Positions 18,273 to 27,943 of a stretch of 39,451 nucleotides of DNA are shown here, in pieces (positions within the stretch are counted from its first letter, which is position 1; the number at the start of each line of letters is the position of its first letter). The position numbers and the translations under genes are program-made. Under the pieces are notes generated by a model. The model searched no databases. It was not told the DNA's origin and saw only the letters and a list, made by a program, of their open reading frames with translations. Origin of the DNA: an uncultured Lentisphaerales bacterium (GTDB taxonomy: Bacteria; Verrucomicrobiota; Lentisphaeria; JABSQK01; UBA12247); contig CALSSJ010000046.1 in the NCBI GenBank assembly GCA_943788985.1, positions 1-39,451 on the forward strand, written 5' to 3'.

Positions 18273-20501
18273 TCAGCCGATAGCTGATAGCGCGTCGTTG
18301 AACGTTTGGCTCGGACGCATGGCAGCCTCAGCCTTGGCGGCATCCGGCTCGAAGTAGCCACCGATGTCTACCGGGCTGCCTTGCGCTGCATTCAGCTCGG
18401 CGACAATTGTGCTCTCTTGCGCGGCCAACGTCTTTGCCAGCCCCGAGAAGCGAGCGCGAAGGTCCGCACTCTTAGACTGAGCAGCCAGTGCCTGCGCCCA
18501 ATACAGAGCGACGTAGAACTGGCTTCCGCGATTGTCGAGCTCATTCACCTTACGCGACGGGGAGCGATTCTCATCAAGATACCTACCCACAGCCGTATTA
18601 AGACCATCCGCAAGCACCTGCGCTGCCGGCAACTTTGCCTTCTCTGCCAGGTCCTCCAAGGAAACCGCCAGCGCCAGAAACTCGCCGAGCGAGTCCCAAC
18701 GCAAGTGCCCTTCCTTGACGAACTGCTGGACGTGCTTCGGTGCGGAACCACCGGCTCCGGTCTCAAACAAGCCACCGCCAGCCAGCAATGGAACGATCGA
18801 CAGCATCTTAGCGCTGGTACCGAGTTCCAGAATCGGGAACAAGTCCGTCAAGTAATCACGCAGAACGTTTCCGGTCACCGAGATGGTATCTTGCCCGGCG
18901 GTTGCTCGCTCGCAGCTTACTCGGGTGGCCTCAACTGGGGGCAGAATGCGAATATCCAGGCCGCTCGTGTCATGATCTGGAAGGTAGGCTTCGACCTTAG
19001 CGATCAGGCTGGCATCATGCGCCCGCTCTGCGTTGAGCCAGAAGAGAGCTGGAGCCCCCGTGGCCCGCGCCCGTGAGACAGCGAGCCGAACCCAATCGCG
19101 AATCGGGGCATCCTTGGTCTGGCACATCCGCCAGATGTCGCCCTGCCCGACTACGTGCTGCATCAAGACCGCGCCCGCCGCGTCCACGACCCGCACCGTC
19201 CCGGCGGCAGCGATTTCAAATGTCTTATCATGGGAGCCGTATTCTTCCGCCTTCTGCGCCATCAGGCCAACATTCGCGACGTTCCCCATGGTGGTCACGT
19301 CAAACGCGCCGTGCACCTTGCAGTAGCTGATCACTTCCTGATACACGCCTGCGTAGCAACGATCTGGGATGATCGCCTTGGTATCCTGCAGCTTGCCATC
19401 CGGCCCCCACATCTTGCCAGAGGTCCGGAGCGCGGCAGGCATGGATGCGTCGATAATCACGTCGCTTGGCACATGCAGATTGGTGATGCCCCGATCGGAG
19501 TCCACCATCGCCAGCCGTGGGCGCGACGCGTAGGTCGCCGACAGGTCGGCTTCGATTTCCTCGCGCTCAACGGCCGGCAACTGTTGAATCTTGGCGTAGG
19601 CGTCGCCGATCCCGTTGTTCGGGTCTACGCCCAGGGCATCGAACGTTGCGGCATGCTTCTTAAACACATCTGCGTAGAACACGCGCACCGCATGTCCGAA
19701 GATGATCGGGTCCGATACCTTCATCATCGTCGCCTTCAAATGCAACGACAGCAGCACGTCCTCGGCCTTCGCGTCCTCAATCTGCTCTGCTAGGAACGCC
19801 TGCAGCGCCTGGCAGCTCATAGCCGATGCATCGATCACTTCACCAGCCTGCAGCGACAGCCCATCCCTCAGCACGGTCGTGCCAGCAGCGGTGACCAGCT
19901 CGATCCGCACAGTCCCGGCTTCCGCCATCACGTGCGATTGCTCACTGCCGAAGAAGTCATTGGCCGACATATGGGCCACGTGGGACTTCGAATCCGCAGA
20001 CCAGGCTCCCATCGAATGTGGATTCTTCCTTGCGTATTCCTTCACCGGAGCAGCGACCCGACGATCGGAATTTCCTTCACGCAAGACCGGGTTCACCGCA
20101 CTGCCGAGCACCTTCGCATAGCGCGCTTTGGTCCTCTGCCCAGCTGCGGACTCCGCATCTTCCGGATAGTCGGGAACCCCAAAGCCCAAAGCCTGTAGCT
20201 CCTCAATCGCAGCCTTTAGCTGCGGAATCGAAGCGCTGATATTTGGCAGTTTGATAATATTTGCCCCGGGCGTCTTGGCCAATTCTCCCAGCTCGCTGAG
20301 AGAATCGCTTCGGCGCTGCTCTGGTGTCAGGCAATCTGGAAAGGTTGACAAAATCCGACCGGCCAATGAGATATCCCGCAGCTGCACGTCGATATTTGAG
20401 CCGCTGACAAAGGTCCGAATAATCGGCAAAAATGAATAGGTCGCCAAAGCTGGCGCTTCGTCAGTCTTCGTGTAAATGATGGTCGGTGTATTGTCGGACA
20501 T
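18273..20501 (-). CDS. icd: Monomeric NADP-dependent isocitrate dehydrogenase
   Basis: 742 aa; [70 protein letters not shown]. Confidence 0.98.
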   Translation of the reverse strand: MSDNTPTIIYTKTDEAPALATYSFLPIIRTFVSGSNIDVQLRDISLAGRILSTFPDCLTPEQRRSDSLSELGELAKTPGANIIKLPNISASIPQLKAAIEELQALGFGVPDYPEDAESAAGQRTKARYAKVLGSAVNPVLREGNSDRRVAAPVKEYARKNPHSMGAWSADSKSHVAHMSANDFFGSEQSHVMAEAGTVRIELVTAAGTTVLRDGLSLQAGEVIDASAMSCQALQAFLAEQIEDAKAEDVLLSLHLKATMMKVSDPIIFGHAVRVFYADVFKKHAATFDALGVDPNNGIGDAYAKIQQLPAVEREEIEADLSATYASRPRLAMVDSDRGITNLHVPSDVIIDASMPAALRTSGKMWGPDGKLQDTKAIIPDRCYAGVYQEVISYCKVHGAFDVTTMGNVANVGLMAQKAEEYGSHDKTFEIAAAGTVRVVDAAGAVLMQHVVGQGDIWRMCQTKDAPIRDWVRLAVSRARATGAPALFWLNAERAHDASLIAKVEAYLPDHDTSGLDIRILPPVEATRVSCERATAGQDTISVTGNVLRDYLTDLFPILELGTSAKMLSIVPLLAGGGLFETGAGGSAPKHVQQFVKEGHLRWDSLGEFLALAVSLEDLAEKAKLPAAQVLADGLNTAVGRYLDENRSPSRKVNELDNRGSQFYVALYWAQALAAQSKSADLRARFSGLAKTLAAQESTIVAELNAAQGSPVDIGGYFEPDAAKAEAAMRPSQTFNDALSAIG

Positions 20502-20588
20502 GGTGTCTCCGATACGTTTCTGTTTTATTAGAAGATCTAGAAATTGATAGAGAGCTGCGGAGTCCGCAACGTCTGTGAGACCGACTGG

Positions 20589-21347
20589 CTAGAGGCTTTT
20601 CAACGCCCTCATCCGCCCGACTGCGTGCTCGCGCTGCGGCTTGTAGCGCTCTCCTGCTTCCAGCAGAAACTGCCGATAGAACTTGCGGGCCAGACTGGGT
20701 TTGTTCGCGTAGAAATCTGCAATTCTTGCTTTATTCAGCCAGATGAGCGGGTGGTGATCGCTCAGATCCAGTGCCTTGGCGACGTGGGAAAATGCCCCAC
20801 GCGTGTCCCCTCGCCCGGCGTGCCAGACGGCGCGCTCGTTACTCAGCGTTCCGGTATCCCGATACTGCTCGTGCGCGTCCAAGGCCTCGTACAAATCGCC
20901 CGCATTGTCCAAGTTCAGGAGCCCAGCACAGGAGGCATAGAGCAAGAGGCAGTCTACGTGCTCCGGCTGTAGTGCATGCGCTTGGCGCAAATAGGTGAGC
21001 GCATTTTGGTAGTCCTTGTCGCCATAGTAGAACTTCCCCAGTATGAACTGCGGCGCAAAGGCCTGGGGATGACTGTCTGCCAGCTTCCGCCCGACCTGAA
21101 TCGCCTGGTCCTGCTCGTCCGTCCGCCATAGCGCGTAGACATACAACGCGTCTACGTCCGGGTCATTGACGCCGTGCTCATCGCGGCAGGTTTTCAGCAG
21201 TTCGCGCGTCGTCAGCCAGCTTTGACGATCGCCGTGACGCGCCGCTTCGAGCGCCTCAGTCAACAACTCGCGCGGATCTAGTTTTCCACAGCCTGCCAGC
21301 ACAAGGGCTGCGACGAGAAAAATCAGCAACGAGCGCGCGGTGCCCAC
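20589..21347 (-). CDS. Tetratricopeptide-repeat lipoprotein
   Basis: Lipobox LVLAGC; TPR-like helices such as FILGKFYYGDKDYQNALTYLRQAHALQP; GTG start just after the trxB stop. Confidence 0.8.
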   Translation of the reverse strand: MGTARSLLIFLVAALVLAGCGKLDPRELLTEALEAARHGDRQSWLTTRELLKTCRDEHGVNDPDVDALYVYALWRTDEQDQAIQVGRKLADSHPQAFAPQFILGKFYYGDKDYQNALTYLRQAHALQPEHVDCLLLYASCAGLLNLDNAGDLYEALDAHEQYRDTGTLSNERAVWHAGRGDTRGAFSHVAKALDLSDHHPLIWLNKARIADFYANKPSLARKFYRQFLLEAGERYKPQREHAVGRMRALKSL

Positions 21348-21349
21348 GG

Positions 21350-22294
21350 TCAGTCTTCCTGTAGCTCAAGCCAGCGCTCGGCATCAAGCGCCGCCTTACA
21401 GCCCATGCCTGCGGCCGTGATGGCCTGACGATAGGTGTGATCTCCGCAGTCTCCCGCGGCGAACACCCCTTCCACATTCGTTCGGCTACCGGTTCCTTCA
21501 AGCAGCACATAGCCTTGGTCATCGGTGGCAATCTGCCCCCCGAGAAACGCGGTATTCGGCGTATGCCCGATCGCGACGAACACCGCACCGCATGGCACCT
21601 CTGTGGTTTCAGCTGTCTTGAGATTCCGCAAGCGGACGCCAGTAACCTTGCCCACATCTTCACCAAGCACTTCAGCGACCTCGCTGTCCCAGGCTACCTC
21701 GATTTTTGGATGGTTTATGGCCCGATCCGCCATGATTTTAGACGCACGAAATTCATCGCGACGGTGGACAATTGTCACCTTGCTGGCAAACTTGGTTAAA
21801 AACACTGCCTCTTCCATGGCCGAGTCCCCGCCGCCAACCACGACGTGCGGAACATCTGGAAAAAAGGCCCCGTCACACACTGCGCAATAGGTAACGCCCT
21901 TGGTTTCCAGCGCATCCTCAGAAGGAATGCCAAGTCGGCGTGGGGTGGCCCCGGTCGAGATAATAACCGCCCGGGCCTGAAGTTCCTTGCCACCAGCCAA
22001 GTGCAGAGTCTGCGGCCCACCATCCTTAAAAGTGACCGACTCCACGATGTCATACTCGAGCCGTGTGCCAAAGCGCTCAGCCTGCGCCTGCATCTTAGCC
22101 ATCAAATCATAGCCAAGAACGCCCTCTTCGAAGCCCGGATAGTTCTCGACATCCGTGGTCTGCGTAAGTTGGCCACCAGGCAGCTCTCCAGCCAAAATCA
22201 GCGGTTTAAGGTTTGCCCGCGCGGCGTACACAGCTGCGGTATATCCGGCTGGGCCGGTCCCGATAATCACAAGGTCTTCCATTCTGTCCTTCAT
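21350..22294 (-). CDS. trxB: Thioredoxin reductase
   Basis: IIGTGPAGYTAA, GGQL, VENYPGF, redox motif CAVCDG, VGGGDSAMEEA, VFAAGD, YRQAITAAG. Start could be 22300, 22294 or 22282. Confidence 0.97.
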   Translation of the reverse strand: MKDRMEDLVIIGTGPAGYTAAVYAARANLKPLILAGELPGGQLTQTTDVENYPGFEEGVLGYDLMAKMQAQAERFGTRLEYDIVESVTFKDGGPQTLHLAGGKELQARAVIISTGATPRRLGIPSEDALETKGVTYCAVCDGAFFPDVPHVVVGGGDSAMEEAVFLTKFASKVTIVHRRDEFRASKIMADRAINHPKIEVAWDSEVAEVLGEDVGKVTGVRLRNLKTAETTEVPCGAVFVAIGHTPNTAFLGGQIATDDQGYVLLEGTGSRTNVEGVFAAGDCGDHTYRQAITAAGMGCKAALDAERWLELQED

Positions 22295-22296
22295 AT

Positions 22297-23310
22297 TCAA
22301 ATCACCTTCTCGGTCCAGCCATCCGGCGCGGGATCATCCCCCACCTGGATCGCACGAACTCGTTGATATAGTTTTTGCAACACAGGGCCACACCCGTCCC
22401 GGGGTCCTACCTCGGTCACGTGGTCCCCACGCACAATGCGATTCACCGGCGTGATAATCACGGCGGTACCACAAGCACCGACTTCTGCGAAGTCCGCAAT
22501 CTCGTCAAACGCAATCGGCCGTCTCACGACCGGAATGCCTTCAAGCTCGGCCAGAGCCATCAGCGTTCGGTTCGTGATGCTCGGCAAGGCGCATTCTGAA
22601 TCCGGCGTAACATAGCCACCATCGTGCGTGATCGCGATAAAGTTAGCGGTGCCGAATTCGTCCACAAAGCTGTTTGTGCGGGCATCCAGGTACAGATTGA
22701 TCTGATGGCCCTGCTTCTTCGCTTCCAGCCCAGGCAACAGACTTGCTGCGTAATTACCGGCGACCTTCACATGTCCCACCCCGCGCGGTGCGGCTCGATC
22801 GTAGCGGTTATCTACGACCGCTGTAACGGGTGCTAGCCCGCCCTTGTAGTAGTCCCCAACCGGGACCACCAGTACGATAAACGTGTACTCGTCAGCAGGG
22901 CTCACGCCGATCTGCGGCCCACTACCAAAGAGCAACGGGCGGATGTACAGCGCACCGCCAGTGCCATAAGGCGGGACATACTCGATATTCTCACGAACTG
23001 CGCGATTCACAGCCTCTCGAAAGAGTTCTCTGGGCACATTGGCCATCAGAATTCTGTCTGCGGAGTCGTTCATGCGCTGCGCGTTCTCACTGCCGCGAAA
23101 CACCCGCACTTGCCCATCTTGGTAGCGGAAGGCCTTGAGCCCCTCGAACGCAGCTTGTCCGTAGTGCAGGACGGTCGCTGCGATGTGCAGTTTCAGGTAT
23201 GGCTCAGTCTCGAGTACACCATCGTCCCACGCACCGTCGCGCCACGTATAACGTACATGGCACTTCGTTGCCATGTATTGAAATCCCAAAGAGTTCCAGT
23301 CGATCGTCAT
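22297..23310 (-). CDS. ilvE: Branched-chain amino acid aminotransferase
   Basis: IDWNSLGF, LHYGQAAFEGLKA, YVPPYGTGGALYIRP, KVAGNYAAS, LPSITN, EVGACGTAVIITP. Confidence 0.97.
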   Translation of the reverse strand: MTIDWNSLGFQYMATKCHVRYTWRDGAWDDGVLETEPYLKLHIAATVLHYGQAAFEGLKAFRYQDGQVRVFRGSENAQRMNDSADRILMANVPRELFREAVNRAVRENIEYVPPYGTGGALYIRPLLFGSGPQIGVSPADEYTFIVLVVPVGDYYKGGLAPVTAVVDNRYDRAAPRGVGHVKVAGNYAASLLPGLEAKKQGHQINLYLDARTNSFVDEFGTANFIAITHDGGYVTPDSECALPSITNRTLMALAELEGIPVVRRPIAFDEIADFAEVGACGTAVIITPVNRIVRGDHVTEVGPRDGCGPVLQKLYQRVRAIQVGDDPAPDGWTEKVI

Positions 23311-23425
23311 GTATTCTGTTCAGCCGGCTGATGTGTGCGCTTGCGAGAAACCCTAACCTGTAAATCGGCTCGCTTATCGGTCAACGCGTAAATCACACAC
23401 CGACGCTTAGCGTAGCGATGCCCCC

Positions 23426-26400
23426 TCAACGCAAGCCATCCAAGCCGCCGCTGGAACGCAGGCGGATCTTCGTGCGTCCGCGTGTCGAGAAAACACCACG
23501 GCGGCGATCGTAGACGATGGCCTCCTCAGGCACAATCTCATGCGGACCTTCGCGCATCATTGGCTTGCCGGACAGGACGATCGTCCCGGCATCCAAGTCG
23601 TAAATCGCCTTATCGCCGGTCGCGACGCGATCCTCACTCACGATCGTGACGTTGCCCTCGGCGGTGATGCGCTGGAACTCGTTGGTTTGCGGATTATTCT
23701 TCGCCCGCAGGCGATCGGCCTTCAGGCTGATACGATCGTCGATGACTTGAACGTTGCCGATAAAGATCGCGGTGCCGTTCTCCATATCGTATTCGACGGC
23801 ATCCGCGGTGATCTGGGTAGGCGCTGGTGGCAGGTCCAAAGCCTCGGGCCATTCGGTATCCGGCAAGGCGGGCTTAGACGGCTTTGGCTCTGTCACGTCG
23901 GGCTTTGGCTGCGTCGGGGCTACCGGCGGAACGGCCTTACTCGGCTTACCCGACGGCGGCCTGATCATTGCCAGCTCCACCGGTTCAACAGGAAGCACTG
24001 GTTTCACAACAACCGGCGCAACCTCAGCAGGCGCTGTTACTCTGGGCGGCTGGCGCTTGGCCACCACTGGCGGCGGCTCCGGCTTGGCAACGACAGCGGG
24101 CGGGGTCGGGACCACAACTGGTGGTGGCTCGCGCTCCACAACAACCGGCGGCGGTTCGGCCTTCACCACGACAGCTGGTGGGGGCTCGCGCTCCACAACA
24201 ACCGCCGGTGGTTCTGCCTCCACCACGACAGCTGGTGTGGGCTCGCGCTCCACAACAACCGCCGGCGGTTCGGCCTTCACCACGACAACTGGCGGGGGCT
24301 CAGGTTTTGGGGACCTCGCAATCGGCGGCTCTGGTGCCACAACACGAGCTAGCTCCTCACGCCCCCGGTTTGGAAACAACGCGCGACGAAACGCAGAATT
24401 CACCTCGCGCGGCGCGTCAGCGCTCGAGACGGGAGTAGATCGGGACAGCGAAACTGGCGCGATGCCGATCCTAGCGCTGATGGTCGGCGAAGGTTCTGGC
24501 TCCTTGGCCAGCGCAACCGGCTCGGCGGGGGGCTCGGCCACTGGCTCGGCGGCGGGCCTAGCTGTCACCGGCGGGGCAACCGCCACTGGCGCCGCCGCAG
24601 TAGCGCCAGTGTTCTGGAAGCGCGCTGCCACCTCGGGCGGCAGTGGTTGGGCCGCATTTCGCTGCGCTTCGCGGGCCCGCAGCAGCGCCAGAACGCCGGC
24701 TGAAGGGCGACTCTCAGGGATTGCGGCCTTTGTGGGGGGCGGTGTCCGGACCACGGCTTCTACTGGCTCTGCCATTACCGGCGCAACCGCTTCGACTGCG
24801 GGTTGGGATACAGCAAGTTCCGACTGCACTTGCACGACCGGTTCGACCAAGGTCACTCTCGGACGCTCAACGACAGGCACTGGCACCTGTGCTGGCTTCG
24901 GAACCTCCACAGCGATAGCTGGCTTCACCGATTTCACCGGCTCGGGTGTAGTCGCACGTTCAACATGCCGCGCCAAATCCGATGCGGCTTCGCTAACTGT
25001 GGGTGGTGCCTTAACGGGTGGTTTTGCGGACTCCGCAACACCCGGCTCGGGCTTATGATCCGCACCTGCTAGGCGCTCAGCCCGGCTTGGCCCCAAAAGA
25101 TTAGCCAGCAACCGCCAGGCGCCAGGCACATGGTGTGAGAGTTGCTCTTGCAGGTTCAATGCACAGTAGATCCACTCGCCCCGCTCAATCTTTAGATAGA
25201 CCAACCCGCCGTCCTGATCAGCATCACCTGGATCTTGAACCAGTAGCAGCTTTCTAGCAGTACTTGGCAAGCGGTCGGTCGCCAGAAAAAAGCGGCCACG
25301 CTCAACCTGCCAGTGATCGAAATCTAGCCGACTGAGCTCGTTTGGTTGGGTCAGCAGCGGATGCAGCGGAGCCAGCACTTTGACTCGCGCTCGCTCATCG
25401 GTCACCGCATGGCTGGGGCTGGAATAGTGCAGCCGAAACGGCGCGCAATTCTGAGTCGCAAAGGCTGCGTCTTGATGCATCACCACCAGACGCCCACCAT
25501 CAAGCGCATAGGTGAGCAGTCCCTCGCGGGCATCCACCAGTTCGTTGCGATAGTCGTAGGCTCCAGGAGCCAGGATGATCGTGTCGAATCCATGAAATCG
25601 CCGCGCGGCCAGGTCGCTGTCCTGCAGGATCGTCATGTCCGGCACAAGGGTCTCAAAGGCAGCAATCAGGTTCAGATCTGGCCCTGGTACGCAGGCGATT
25701 CGCTGTGCCGTCGGGCGCTTAGTCGCAACCGGCGAAAGAAGGCAAAGCGCCTCATCCGCATAGGTAAAACGGCCCACATGACGTGGATCGATCTCGCGCA
25801 CGGCGGAGGAGATGCGATGGCGCCCTGCTCGGAACAGTGCTTTGACCTTTGCGGACTTCGCAGCGTCTGCGTGCCTGTGCGGCAACGTCAAGGTGAATCG
25901 CACGGTCCGCGCTTCGCCTTTCTTCAACTCGAGCGGTACCCGTGACGGGGTGATGGTCCAGCTTGGCGGCACGTCCTCGAGCGTAAGCACGCCGGGCACA
26001 TCGGTCGCCGCCGCCAACGCCGCTGTGATGTAGCAGGTCGCACCCTCGGGGCCAAGAAACGCCGGGACCACGTCCCGTGCCAGTGAAACGTCCACCGGCG
26101 ACAGCACGCGCAATTGGGTTCGCACCCCGGCACCATCGGCGCCCTTGCGCAACTGTCGCGCCTCTACCGCGACCGACACGGGCGCATTCTCGGCACCGGA
26201 AACCGCGGTGGCGTAGCTGCCAATATCAAACCCTGCCTGATAGGTCACCGTCGCATACGCGACCGGCATCTCCCCCAAGGCTCGGTGGCGGCGACCAAAC
26301 GGCAGACGCCAGCCACGCTTCACGTCAAACACCGTCGTAGACGTGGCGTCATCCGGAATCTGAACTTCCACCCGAAACTTGGCAGACTGCCGCCGTTTCA

Positions 26401-27725
26401 GAACCTCGGTCACTTCCTGATTCTCAGGCACCAGCTCGTAGTGCATCGGAACCAGCTTGCCAGCCTTTCGCTGTAATAAGGTCAGGCGTACGCGCGGCTT
26501 GATCACCGGAGCTGACGGGGCGAAAAGATGCAACGTAAAGTTCACGGTTTCACCGGGCAAGGCCAAGTCACGGTCACAGCGCAGATCTACCTGTAGGCCA
26601 GTGGCCTGGTGCAGGGCCCGCGTAAAATTTCGGGCGCTGTCCTCGTAACCCGCGGCCAGCCCCGCATCGAGCTGCTCCGAGGCTTGGGCAGCATAGCGGG
26701 CAGCGGCCAATCCCGGAACGAGATGCAACAGCAGGCGGTCTGGGGCCCCCCTTCATGTCGCGCGCAGCCGACGCGTTGATCCGAATTTTGTCCGCCCAGC
26801 GACCGCTAGCTGCGACGTTGGCACTGGTCAAGGTTTCCGGTCCCCGGAGAAACTTGTCGAACGGGTCGCTGCCTTCCGCTGGATCATCGCCCAGTTGATT
26901 CTGCAGCAAGGATAGGGAGACGGATTTCAAGCCACCGCGCAGCCGCGGCAACTCCAGCGAGCGATACGAAGCGCGCGCCATGACCGCCAGTTGCGCGAAA
27001 GACTTGCCAGATGGTGCCTGCTTTGCGACATCGATCGAGTACTGGCGCTTGCCAGGCATACGCTCACCGACCAGAAACAGCGCATCTGGTCGCCACAGGG
27101 CTTGCCCAGTCGTCGGAAAGCTGCTGAATCCGCAGCGCTCGTAGGCGCGTTCGACGAGCACCCCCAGCGCGCGCTGCTGACCATTGGCCTCGGCCGACCG
27201 CCCGGTGAAATGGGTCAAGACGACGTGCGGGCGATAATCGCGCATCAGCGTCACCAGTTCAGCAATTGCGCGCTTTTCGTTCCACTGCATCAGCGCGTCT
27301 GTGGCATTCTTGCACTCGCCGACGTCCGGAAACCCCAAAAAAAACACGTCAGATTTCACAATCTTGGCCGCGGTCAATGCCTCCGCACTACGCAATACAG
27401 CTAGCGCGTCTCCGCGTTCCAGCCCGACTTGATTGGCACCGCGTTCGTTGCGGGTGATAAAAGCAGAGGCGACGTTCGCATATCTACGCTGCGACAAGTA
27501 GGCCAGCAGCGCCATCGGCTCATCCCCCGGCTGCAGCCCCACATAGAGAATGCGAGCCGACTCGGATAGACGCGAAAGACTCTCCTGCACAGCTTCGAAT
27601 CCGGCAACTTCGTTGGGATCATCCAGCCACACGGTCCCTTTCATCAGCCTCTCCTCGGCAGAAAGCGAGCAGCAGGCCAGGCACAACAGCAAACAGAAGG
27701 CGCGTCGAGTCAAGATGGTATTCAT
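23426..27725 (-). CDS. Large exported protein (~1430 aa): PIG-L/LmbE-like domain with degenerate metal site, beta-rich and GATase-like middle, Pro/Val/Glu linker, C-terminal LptA/OstA-like domain; one frameshift at 26746-26751
   Basis: Signal peptide MNTILTRRAFCLLLCLACCSLSA. LmbE-like ILYVGLQPGDE, TRNERGANQVGLE, MRDYRPHVVLTHF. Middle region DGGRLVVMHQ, VTDERA, HPLLTQPN, DFDHWQVERG, VPGAWRLLANLL. C-terminus ITADAVEYD...AIFIGNV...AEGNVTIV...ATGDKAIYD...IVLSGKP. Removing one G from a G6 run fuses ORFs 26574-27725 and 23426-26728. Confidence 0.8.
24060..24303 (-). repeat. Intragenic 57-bp (19-aa) tandem repeat in the proline-rich linker
   Basis: GGCTCGCGCTCCACAACAACCG at 24126, 24183 and 24240 (period 57), encoding units like EPPAVVVEREPPPAVVVKA. 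Confidence 0.9.
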
Positions 27726-27943
27726 TCGGCGGGGAGGGCCTACGCACGGGCGAGGAGTAATCGGAAGTATACGCCTACCTCACGGCATGGTCAATCCGAT
27801 GGATCGCAAGGCAACCAGCTTGGACCACAGATCTCGGCTACTGTTCCCCTGAAATCTCATATCAGCCCGTGGCAAAATTCGGTCGCATGGGCAACAAGCC
27901 CCCGGCGACTGACACGATGGACACCATCCAAGACGCGGTTTAT

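Noticed and set aside
23754..25058. 434-aa Thr/Gly-rich + strand ORF resembling an adhesin
   Set aside because: It is the reverse-complement reading of the Pro/Val-rich linker on the - strand.
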